DNA of 62,380 nucleotides, the filler included, from Choristocarpus tenellus KU-1152 (Eukaryota; Protista; Phaeophyceae): the NCBI GenBank assembly GCA_964200185.2. It is 8 parts of 8 records of this genome, joined end to end, with 100 filler letters (N's around TTAATTAATTAA, not from the genome) between each part and the next. Parts side by side here need not be neighbours in the genome. Positions count along the whole stretch, not along the records: positions 31,135 to 40,203 come from CAXNAD020004025.1; positions 40,304 to 59,633 come from CAXNAD020000470.1; 6 more parts are not named here. The stretch is one strand, 5' to 3'. The translations under genes and the position numbers were made by a program. Below the pieces are notes generated by a model that made no database searches, was not told the origin of the DNA, and saw only the letters and a program-made list of their open reading frames with translations. Positions 36,770 to 48,000 of this stretch are shown piece by piece; the first letter of the stretch is position 1; every line of letters starts with the position of its first letter.

Positions 36770-39513
36770 GATCCTCAACTCAGTACGATTGTCCTCCTCA
36801 TGCCCTTCACAGCCTGTTACAAAGAAGCCTTGATATATATACAACTGTACACAGAAGACGTAAATTGATAGAAACCCACCTTCAAAAGAGATAGCTCGAC
36901 GAAGAACAGGTCCAATCACTAGTCGTGTTGTGCCCAAGAGCTTGATCCTGGAGTTGCATTGTCTTATACAAAGACTTTCACCGTCATACATAGAGTTAAG
37001 TAGAGGTGGAAACGACGGAAAGTGGGTGGGGGGTAATCAACTTCAACGAAAGGTTTGAACATGTGGCATCTTTGATTCGATTAGCCCCTGTTCCTACCTT
37101 TTGTGGCTTTCTCTGAAGTATGAGTAAGAGTAAATCAGCAAAATGTCGTGCTACACGTTCACAGCACGAATTCTATTTAGACTCTTCAAAGACTCTTCCC
37201 AAACTCCAACCGATATCGACCGACCATCGAAAGCATCATTATTATCCTTGAACAGCAGGCAGTATCCTGTAGTAGATATATTTTGCCCCAAGTACTACTA
37301 CATCTGGTTGTAGGTGACACTACGTCAACTTCTTGAACTGACAAAAGCTGAAATACAAGTACAACAAATGATGTTGTAACTAAATAGGCAAAGGGTACCT
37401 AGTTTTCCTCCGGCTGTACTGCATCCATTGCAGAGTTTTAAAGTGCTTTTTGAGTGGGCCTGCACCAGATCTCCAGTTGTGTCCACCACTGGGGTTGAAC
37501 AATTACTGCTGCAAGGCATCATTGACGCAAAACTTCTGATTGTGACTATTATGTGAGCATTCCTATGGCCAGTCATGTTTTTCCCAGCTCCAACATTGTA
37601 TCGCCAGCGAAGCGGCGAGGCAACTTAGTATAGGGCGCTTCCAGATTCCTAGCTGCGTATCCCACCCCCGGGCGTTACTTGATCCTTCTTTCTGTTGTTT
37701 TTGGCAACCACAGTCATGCAGGAAAATGGAGATAATTTTTGCGAATTGGCTCATCTTCCTAACCGCACCTCCAATTACCGCACAGAACCTCGTAACATTG
37801 GCTTCGTCATAACTCTGTTTGAGTACCACATCAACGATACAATCTGAGATTGGAGCTGGCTACAAATAGAACACGTGACAATTAGTATTACACCTGATTT
37901 CGTCGAGGTACTTGGTCCATACCTATCCTACACCTACAATTGCGGTCACAAGTATGGTTGTAGAGTTGAGAACTGAAACTTTGAGGTCTTGTTTAGAGGT
38001 TTGGTCAAAGGTTGTCCTCACTCTCCAATGTTTTGTTGTTTTTTTCAAAGTGTACGTCACCCATAAAAAACAAGGTATGTAGTCCATGATACAGTATCAA
38101 TTATTTGTGTTTGGTTAACTCCATATCGAAATGTGAATTCATGTATGTAAGGATGATGGGTAGTGCTCAGGATAGTTTGGTTTGCAATAAAGACTTCACC
38201 AAGGGCGAGTCCTTGTCTCGTTCTTGTTCAACCTCTTTTTCTTCAGTGCTTATGGGGATAATCGAGGGATTGAGTGTCTCATCCTAAGGGACGTTACCAA
38301 AGATTATTGCCGTTGTCGTATCGGTGCGAGGAATTTGGACTGGCTGTGTCGGAGGAGAAGACGAAAACAAAGTACCTGCGGTTCCCCCAATAGTCAACAT
38401 ACGAAGTACAGATCGAGGCCTTAGGGCAAAGGTACAATCAGAGAATGAACTTTTTGATCTTGGAGGCTCAGCACACCAAAATATCCAGTAGTCGCGGAGG
38501 TCTATCATAAATAACATATAGAACTATTCGATTAGGTAGTTGATGTATCACTTGAGGTACAGCTAAGGATGCTTAAGGCCGAAGTGTTCAAGGTTCTGCT
38601 GTATGGCTGTATGATGTGGACCTCAGGATATCCACAACACCCAGCTTAGTATCCTGTACTGCAAGTTTCTCCACCGCTGGTTCCGTAAACGGAAAATGTC
38701 CGGATAACCCCTGCCATACAGAGGCAAGGCACTAGTGATAACTGGGTACGAGAGCATCGACACAGTTTCGTAGCACTTATGGGAGATGCTCGCTTGCTCA
38801 AGAACTTGCAGTTGAGAAACTGATGGGAAAGATGGGAGGATAGGAGAAAAAATGTTTGTGGTGGCTTCGAGGTGATCCTGAGTCTTTCGACATCCTGCCT
38901 GAAAAGTGGGGTTTACTTGGAGATCTGAAAACCCTTATGTCACAGGTGAGTGGAGGAAGAAGCTTAACACTTCATGGAAGTTTGGCCTATTAAAGAGTCT
39001 GAAGCAGCCATAGCCCACTACATGAAAGTGACCGCACTTACGAAACACACTTGACACTCACTACCTCTGGGGCTTTGGGTTGGTTATAGGGTCTGTCCTC
39101 GGATACCCTCCCGGGTACTGATGATGGTATAAATGCGTTGTTGGTGGGTGAATTTTCCGACAATGTGGAATTGTGAGTAGATTTACCCCCCTCCTTCTTG
39201 CATCCTTCATTCATCCTGCAGCCCATACATCCTTAGTTTTCTTATAACTTGAAATCTCTTTTTTCTTCATGTAGTTGTGGATATTAGGGGGGAGAGGGAC
39301 AGGAGGCTACAACAGGAAAGGAGCTGTCAAATCCCGTCTACGTCAGATAGTCTCTGTCGCAATGCAAGTAGCCCTATCTAGACGTGTCGTGCATTTTAAC
39401 CTGGCGACACCAGGGAGATGGGCCAGGAGGGACTTGTTAGATTTTTGGGATACTTGTCTGGGGTGCAGGACTAAGCTAGGTTGGGGGGACAGGAAGGCAG
39501 CGGTGTAGCATAG
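36770..39513 (-). CDS. Probable multi-exon gene of unknown function
   Basis: Phase-compatible candidate exons 39513-39401 (LCYTAAFLSPQPSL...), 39215-39065 and one starting at 38283 (DETLNPSIIPISTEEKEVEQ). Further exon-like blocks occur near 37.8, 37.2, 36.9 and 36.8 kb. No domain was recognised and the boundaries are uncertain. Confidence 0.35.
38290..39020 (+). pseudogene. Decayed RTE-like non-LTR retrotransposon (LINE), 3' RT fragment
   Basis: Translates with stops and shifts to EEFGLAVSEEKTKTKYL ... ELFD*VVDVSLEVQLRMLKAEVFKVLLYGCMMWT. The FGLTVSxxKT and LLYGCxTW motifs are typical of RTE-clade RT tails. Confidence 0.8.
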
Positions 39514-39702
39514 CTGGTAGCAAAATAGTAAATAAATTTATGTCTTTCACATTTATGACAGCTGTTACTTTTTTAGGAGTTATTCTGAGATGCAAGTAGT
39601 AGTTTTCATTGATTTTTCCCTTGACACAACCGGAATGTCGAGGACATAATAATATACTCGGTATATATAATATATATATATATCTTCTTTTCTTTTTCTT
39701 TT

Positions 39703-39956
39703 GAGTCAAAGTATCTTAGAGGGTAGGGCCGCGTCCATTTGGGTGCCAAAATCCTATGTTGCGATTTTGATGTAATTTTGGCTATTGTGCTTGTTAGGAA
39801 GTGTCAATATCCTTGTTCGGACACACCTCTTCATAACGTGTACGTTTTACCTACTCCGAAACGTTTCAGAGTAGGTAAAGGTCACAAAAAAACTGTGGGA
39901 AGCCAAGTTCCAAACGGACAAACAGGTCAATAACCGTACCCTCTAAGATAATTTCA
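39703..39956 (+). mobile_element. MITE family A
   Basis: GAGTCAAAGTATCTTAGAGGGTA ... TACCCTCTAAGATA(ATTTCATTT), with TTT on both flanks. Confidence 0.9.
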
Positions 39957-40028
39957 TTTTTTCCGCAGTTCCGTTCTGTCTTCATCTCTTGTTGTCTTGC
40001 CTTATGATTGGATTTAAATCAAAATTTA

Positions 40029-40203
40029 TGTGAATCGTGTGATTCTGTGGCGGTGTGGTTCACTCGGTCAGGCAAGGGTGGTGAAGAGAATCACCAGGCA
40101 AGACGGACCACACAAACAAGGACGAACCGTGACCGAGGGTACGAGGATAAGGTTGGACAAGTGCAAACTTAGGAGTGATGAGCACCATCAAAGGTGGGGG
40201 TTC
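40029..40203 (+). repeat. LTR-like dispersed repeat, truncated by contig end
   Basis: Collinear with 53877-54069. Confidence 0.85.
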
Positions 40204-40303
40204 NNNNNNNNNNNNNNNNNNNNNNNNNNNNNNNNNNNNNNNNNNNNTTAATTAATTAANNNNNNNNNNNNNNNNNNNNNNNNNNNNNNNNNNNNNNNNN
40301 NNN
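40204..40303. other. Artificial contig spacer
   Basis: Same linker. Confidence 0.99.
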
Positions 40304-40323
40304 CACTTCCATGGATCTCCAAA

Positions 40324-40503
40324 GACCCAAAGTATCTGGGGGGGGGGGGTCTACACCAGGGTGTCCATTTGGGACAAAATCAGGAAAAGTGCATTTACAT
40401 TATCCATCCAACGTATGCAAAATCACACAAAAATTGTGGCATGAAAAAATTGACCCCAAATGGACAGTCGCCAACCCCTCCCCCCCCCCAGATACCTTGA
40501 GCC
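40324..40503 (+). mobile_element. MITE family B
   Basis: GACCCAAAGTATCTGGGG ... CCCCAGATACCTTGAGCC with AAA/AAA duplication. Confidence 0.9.
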
Positions 40504-40801
40504 AAACATATTTATTTGGATGTCCTGCACAGTGCAACATAGGTTGCATGTGGTGCTCAATATTCACAATGGTTAGTCATCACCTCTATTACCTCCCCAT
40601 GAAGCCAGGGGAAGCTCCGATCAACTCCTCAACACACTTGAAGTGTTACTAGAAGCTCATTGCAACCCCTTTAGTATTGGCACTGCAAGACAGCAAGTAC
40701 ATCATGTTCTTGTTGGAAAGCATTTCTTCCATAGCAGTCTATCCGAAAATTTCCACTTATCAAACAAGGACCAGCAGGGTCAAAGTTGCACAGTGACTTA
40801 C

Positions 40802-43800
40802 ATTGAAGGAGAAGACACAATTAGAGAGCTGACTCGCTTCGAAGCAGCAGATGAAGCCAGAACGTTTCCTAGCGCGATATTGTTCGTTAATGTGAAGTGC
40901 AGGTAAAATTGCAAACACCTAGACAATACCCCATGCCATAGCCGGGGGGATATGATCAGAACATGATTCAGTCGGTTAGAGGTCAGTTGGTACAATCGGA
41001 CTATCAAAGTTTATACACTTCATGTCTTCATCTCCCATGTGTATCCGAGGCAGGATAATTGTCACAGACAAACGGCACATATAAAGAATATTGCGCACCT
41101 ATTCGCAGCTGCATTGGCAACTGGTATGTCTTCGGCAGGATATTTTCCAAGGTTAACAAATGTTCTGTTTTCTTCTTTGCCAGAGATTCCATGCAGCTAC
41201 AGGCACGACACAGGCAGATTCATGTACTAAAATACATATTGGGACATACGTCAAGGGGCCAGATGGAATTCACACTTTCCTGCACCTGGATGATAAATCC
41301 AGCAGCAACACCTACAGCAGCATGAAGACAGAACCATCGTACTGCAGGTACAGATGATATGACTCCTATCAGCAAGGCTACAGCTGAGGTTACGGCAGTG
41401 TACATTGAGTCCAAGACAATACGTCCCGCATCCTTCACCATACACCCATCAGCTGGATTCTTGCTCTGGACAGCATTGAAATCAGAGCAAATGCCATACT
41501 GATATCTCAACAGGGGGTGGGGGGGGGAGGGGGGGCAAAGATGGAGACACTACAAGCTAAGAAAGGTTGATCATATGAGTGGAAACAACGTAGCAAGATC
41601 CTACACACAACCATGTTGCTCATATTTGTACGAATATGAGGAATATTGGGAGCACCACTGTAGTCAACAACTGATTAAGGTTGTTCAAGACAAGCGTGGA
41701 CAGGAGAAAAAACAGTCAAGGTAAGATTGATCAGATTAGTACTACAGCTCAGAAGCACATTTGTAAGTCAGGGTATCAATGCATGAGCTTTCAGATTAAG
41801 TGGTACATTTCATGGTAATTTTTCCTGATGTCAGAAGCAGTTGGCATGAATGCACATCTTACCATATTGACAAGCCCGACAGACACAACCACCACGAACA
41901 GAAGCGGCACGTGTGTATCAAGTATGGGTACCCCAAAAAGGGCAAGTACTCCGGATGCCCCCAGTGTTGACAGTCCAAGCAGACACACACACACAATGCC
42001 CAGAGCAATCTGGGACTTGTTGAAAGAGCAATAGGTGAAGGATCCACCAAGCAGGAGGCTTTCAAGCAATGAGAAGAAGAGAGATTAGGTGAAGTATAAA
42101 AGGAGGTCAAGAGCTTTCTTTTCACAGAAATCGCAAATTGCAGGATATTGCAAACAATACAGAGTTGATGGTACTTAGAGAGTGGTGCTGAGTTTCAAGG
42201 GCATCTCTGACTTCTTGGTGGCTCATGTTTTGGAGCACTGTCTACAACTGTAGAGTGCCTTTTGGCTGTTTGGGGGGGTACATTCCGTTTGCAGTAACAC
42301 GTTTTCTTCATCAACGTTCTTTTCTTAATGTCTTCATCTTCTTGAAAACAAAGTTGAAAAAGAAAATGTAACTCAAAACGACCACAACACTCACCCCTCT
42401 CGGATGCTTGAGTTACTTTAAATCACAGTCAAGCCGTGCTACAGAGAAATATCCTATACACAACGCAGGGACAAGTATACTCACGTCAAGACTATACCAA
42501 GTAACCGATTCTTGAGTATTTTTAAAGATCTGGCGATGCTGTAGCATTTCGTACATGAAATGTGTATAATATTAGAATCCATGTCCAACCTCCATAGACC
42601 GCACCTGCCAATGATAAGCATGGTCAGGTATGCCGCAGCAGCTGCTATCAAACCATTTCTCATACCAACCTGACGTTCTGCATTAAGAGAGTGTTCAGCT
42701 TGCCTGGTACCTCCAAGGAATTGTAGAGATAATACCAGGGTGATTGAGACCTTGCGAGTAATCTTAGCAGCACAAGTCGACTTATTCCAATAAATCATTT
42801 TTGTCCACAACAAGCCTTGATAAACTTGTAATCCTGAATACTCAACTCCCTTCCCAGAGTACTTACCAGCACATACTTGGCTCCATATAGCGAGATCTGT
42901 ATGTTTTGTTAACGTTTAGTGTTCATTCCTGGACTCGTTGGAGGTGTAAGTTGTTGAAGCAGGGTTGATGATGGTCAAGGTATGTATGCTTGATGTGCTT
43001 GTGTGTATATGTTGAATTTTGTGCATGTAAAACATTAGAGAAACAATAAGCTGCAAAATCAACTTTTTTCTTCAATTTTTCTATAGCAGAACTCTGACAA
43101 AATCAAACAATACCTCAAATACTATTACTCTGACTCCTCAGAAACAACTTTCCAGCTTGGATTAATTGCAGAAAGAGAGTGATATCCCCTGGGAATAGAA
43201 AGTCATCCTCACTCGCCGAATAATACAGATAGCGGCATTATACTACCACTTTTATGAACTGGAGCCCACCTAAATACTTTGAAGAACATAAGATCGACAG
43301 CCATGGCAATGGAAAGGAACTCTCTCTCCCATGTAAGACTGTCTTCCAGAAGTGCCTCTTCTCCGCTTAGTAGATACTCAACCTATTGAGTCATATATTA
43401 ATTGTCATGGTGAAACCAGGGGTTAGGGTTAGAGCGGTATTCAATGGACCCACAGGAGGCAAGAAGGGAAGCAAATATACCTTGAGGTCATACCATGAAG
43501 GCCTGGGACAGAGAGGGAAAAGAAAGGATAATTCATCCAGAGTCCTGCACAGCTCCTTGGTGCGTTTCACCTGTGTAGTTGAGAAACACCATCCTCCCCC
43601 TACAGATAATGCATATATATATATATATATTTTTTTTTTTGGGGGGGGGCTTTTACAGATCCATCACAGTGTGTATTCATAGATACAGTACAAGGTTGGG
43701 GAGCATAGACTCAAATTTGTAACTACTGATAGCTAGAACAGAGCTCCGTTTTGAACTGGACACAGTACTATTGGTACAGCCAGGGCTCAGATCCACAATG

Positions 43801-46800
43801 TTTGCACCAGTGTGCGCTACACATGGATGTACTATTGCATCCGACACTACAGGAAATTTTTTTTTGATTTGACTGCGTGGACAGCTTCGGATGCAATATT
43901 TTGTCAACAGTGAGCGTTCTTGATTCCTTTGCAGCCCTCCTCTCCCCTCACTCTTGCGGGTCCAGGTCAATTGCCGGGTGTATGGAGAGGGCACTGAAAA
44001 GCATAAACCAACTTGCACTAGAATGCTCACCCTTCCTTCCCTGCAATCCAGAAGAAAATGGAGACACACCTCAAGGGTGTGTGCTTCATGCATATTAGAC
44101 CCAGTGCGAGTGAAAGCATCTTAGGGTTAGGGTACGAGGTTTGCCCTGTTTGTCCATTTGGGGCTTGGATCCCATTGGGTTTTATGACATTTTCCTACTC
44201 CAAAAGTTTAGGAGTAGGTAGAATGTATATGTTATGAAAAGTTGTGTCCGTAACGAGGATACTGACACTTCCTAACAAACACAACAGCCAAAATTACATC
44301 AAAATTGCAACATTGGATTCTGTCCCCCAAACGGACGCAGCTCTACCCTCTAAGATACCTTGACTCATGTCTCATTGATCTTACCCTATTATGGGTGTGT
44401 TAAAGAGCTACACTAGAAAGTGCACAGTGGAGCAGGTGCAGTAACCTCAAAATCCAACCTAAATCCACCGATTTGTCTTGTTATATGTGACTAGTAGGGT
44501 CCTATGAGGCTGTTTGTGTTAATCTGCTAAGTCCTCCTGTCATCATGTGCTCCATTCTTGAGGAGCTGAGAAGCAAGATTCATGCCTCCAAGGAGATTTC
44601 TCGTACTGTCAATACTTCATGCCTGGGCTACTGGAGATGCTGTAACACATACCATTGTTCGGTATATTCCATTGCACGGAGAAAATGTGTTGGAGGTCTT
44701 GACACTCACTCTAGATGCCGTTCGTCAAGGTACAAAGGGACAGATTCAATTAACCCAATCTGTACTTATCCGCTCTGGCCCTGATGCCCATTTATTGATA
44801 TCCCATGTCCAAATATGTTTTATGAAATCGAATTATCCTCCATGTATTCTCTCTTAGCCGTACAACGTATGGTGCAGAGGGTTTTCATTGGTATCAGTTT
44901 TGCGTGGGTCCAAATACACTCACTTCGTAAAAAATGTATTCCTGGAAATTGGGAGAGATTTCTTGTTGGTTTCCTACGAGTATAGCAGCAGGACCATAAG
45001 CAATTTCATAACCACATTAATTCCATGGAAGGAGATTCACCCCCAACTTCCCAAAAAATATGCTCACCACAATCCTCTGCGCTTTGTCCAGGATGCCCTG
45101 TGAACTGTAAATGAATCAGCCACATGTGGTCCATTCCAAGGATTGTACAGTCCATGGAATGTTGAAATTCACGTGAGACGGGACGGAGGGTTTCAAGTGC
45201 ACATACAGACAATTAAATAATTGAGTAAGAAATTGTGAGGGAAGCAAGAGAGAGGGTGATTGCCACAAGGGCTGTTGCTGCACGGTTGAGGTCAATTTTA
45301 CGCTACTACTCCTTTTTTGTGCTGCCTACCTACTCTCTGGATAGTGATTTGGTTATTGTTTTGAGTCAAACCAACTGGGAGGCACGCGCGGTTGCATTCA
45401 AGGATCTCGAGAAAGAGAAAAATATGTAATTTCGTAAAATTACAGAAAGAGCCTTTGCTGAATTACGGTGTCACTTTGTGTGTGTGAAAGGGGAATATCA
45501 ATTTTGCGTACGCTCTTGTGCACATAAAGCAATGGAATAGAGTGTATTGCACAGGGTAGGAAACATGGCTTAGAATGCATGCAAAAGGGTCCAAACCTTG
45601 CCTACCTCTCAATTGGTTCGACTCTTTACTTCTTTAAACTGTTGCACTGGTTGTGTCATACTACGTAGAATATTGCACCATAATGGCAGGAGGAACACTT
45701 TGGTCACCCAATCTTCAAACAGTAACTAAGATATATATATATATATATTTTCCATTGGAAATGATACAAGTAAACTGAAAAGGTCCAAAGTATCTTCGAG
45801 AGGGTAGAGCCGTGCCCATTTGGAGGGCAAAATCCAATGTTACGATTTTGATGTAATTTTGGCTATCGTGTTTGTTAGGAAGTGTCAGTATCCTTGTTCC
45901 AGACACACCTTTTCATAACGTATACATTTTACCTACTCCAAAACATTTTGGAGTAGGAAAATGCCATAAAAAGAGACCATGGGAAATCAAGCCCCAAATG
46001 GACAAAAAGGGGAAAACTCGTACCCTCTAAGATACTTTAACTCAAAAAGGAGTACTCCTGAAGCAGTCTGCTCTTGAGTCTTCTGATCAAAGACATGACT
46101 GAAAGGGAGCAGTCAGGCATATCAGTAGCAAAGTGGCTGACCTGCTGCCGTCTGACACAACGGTGTACTCTCCAAACACTTGGTCTCGCTGCACAGGAGA
46201 TCCATCAAAGTATGATTCTGCAGAGAGGGCCACCCTCAGACTGCCAGAGTAGCAAGAAATACACACATGGGTTGAGGTGAGTCAACAAGAAATCACAGGA
46301 TCGCAGTGATGGCAAGAGCTGAGGGAGGAAGAAGTTGGAGTGCATCTTTAAAGAACAACAACGGTTGTTTGGTGTAGCAGAGACAGAGAATCTAGGGTAT
46401 TCATTGAGAAACCTTGTAGTATTCAGCAATCAAAAGTAATCACATGGACCAAAGTAACCATCGCATCATTAGTGCTGATGTCAGTGTATGGTAGCCAGGA
46501 CAATCATGGATGTGCTACTGACTAGCGTATTACACATCACCACTCAGAATAACCCTATAGTAAAATGCTACACAAGTTGATCTGATTTCCAATGGGTCAT
46601 GTTCACAATCGTCAGATGAAAAATGATCACTGTAGCCCCTCAACAAGCACATGGCAGGAATCACTATATGTTGAATTTGAAATATCCTAATCCCTATTTT
46701 ATTCTAGTACTCTCTGGCATGCACCTTGAGTTGTCACCAACACTCCCACGATACAGGGATTCATCAGAGTCCCAAAAGCCGAGGACACCCGAAGAAACAC

Positions 46801-47271
46801 AAGGTCCATCAACTCTATGGCGATAGCATAGAGAACTGTAGATACTAGAGTAGGTCCCGACCTTGATGGATTTCACCTCGATTATATAGGAGGAATATAT
46901 CAGAGCAAAGTAGGACATCAATGTTGGATTGCTGTGCACAGCTTTGCATTCAAGGTCAAAAGGTAGTCTATGTTGTGTGATAAATGGCATCTCTGTGTGA
47001 TGGAGTCTTTTGGTATAATACATGCATTAACGAGGAGCAATTCCGCGGCAGCCATGTTGCTGCCACACAGCATGCTTAGCTCCGTCTTTAACGGTCTGCA
47101 CTTCACACGACCAAACAAATGTATACCTTTCGATGGAAATCCCAAATCTCATCGAAAGCCTCCAATGTCAGCATGTTGCCACTATCATCCCCCAGAGGTG
47201 AAGGTGTGAACAATACTCGATTGATACGAGGGTTTGGGCCAAAGAGCCTTTCTGAGACAGCAGCATTGCTC
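40802..47271 (-). CDS. Patched/NPC1-like RND-family membrane protein with sterol-sensing domain (partial)
   Basis: Exons 47271-47127 (ERLFG..GNMLTLEAFDEIWDFHRK), 46876-46725 (YSSLCYR..PCVSSGVLGFWD), 46240-46142 (DGSPVQRDQVFG), a micro-exon at about 43502, 43382-43270 (LTWEREFL), 42703-42605 (QAEHSLNAE..AAAYLTML), 42058-41863 (SQIALGIVCV..FGVP..VSVGLVNM), 41498-41286 (TAVTSAVALLIGVISSVPAVRWFCLHAAVGV..IIQ) and 40918-40802 (VFAILPALHINEQYR..ICCF). The 5' exons (about 47.3-47.8 kb) are unresolved and the 3' part lies beyond the contig. Confidence 0.88.
44108..44366 (-). mobile_element. MITE family A (reverse orientation) in Patched-like intron
   Basis: Reverse complement of the 39703 copy, ending TACCCTCTAAGATACCTTGACTC. 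The flanking duplication is not preserved. Confidence 0.88.
45363..45624 (+). mobile_element. MITE family C
   Basis: GAGTCAAACCAACTGGGAGG ... CCTACCTCTCAATTGGTTCGACTC with TTT/TTT duplication. An inverted copy lies at 56675-56932. Confidence 0.88.
45782..46043 (+). mobile_element. MITE family A
   Basis: GGTCCAAAGTATCTT..GAGGGTA ... TACCCTCTAAGATACTTTAACTC with AAA/AAA duplication. Confidence 0.9.
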
Positions 47272-48000
47272 CTGTCGCATCGATGGAGAATTCAAAGTTC
47301 AAGTGTCGAGGGGTAAAACTCCGGAAGAGGAAAACTTTCCTGGGAATCCTGGGAATGGATAAGGGTCCCATATGAAGTAGTGTGGATTATCACGTTGCAC
47401 TGGGTGGTGTGGAAGTGGCGATGGCGGAGACTAATCTGTGTGTATCTCTAAAAAATGGATCATTCTGCAACGAAATAGCACCAGCCGAACACCTGCTTGT
47501 TCCCAAAGCCCTATGAGATGCTGAACATCAGAGCCTTCCAATTGGCCTTTGTCACAAGTTAAATCAAGTAAACCTTTTACTTTAATACAATATTCAACCA
47601 TTCCAATGATGCTTGCAGGACAACGTGAACAACCCTACTACCTTGAGGTCACCACACCAGCAATAGTCAGAATATGTTGAGAGAAAATAAAAATTACATC
47701 TGGCAGTAGAAGAGACTAGCCTTTGTCAGGTTTCGCCTCACCTGGCTTTTGATGTTCTAGGAACTAGTACATCTGGTTTTTGCGACACCTGAGAGAGAAT
47801 CAAAGAAGCAAAAGGTTTTTCCACGTCTTATTCGCGCAAGATGTCAATTTCGGGAGATGCAGATGGCAATTCTGGTAAAAAAACTGAAGCTCAAACTTGG
47901 CGAGGAGTATCGTGCTGGTGTAGATTGTTAGGGAGGTTGCTTGCTCACTTCTAGATTTATCAGCCCGAAAGATAACCCACAGAAAGCACCACCAGTAGCA

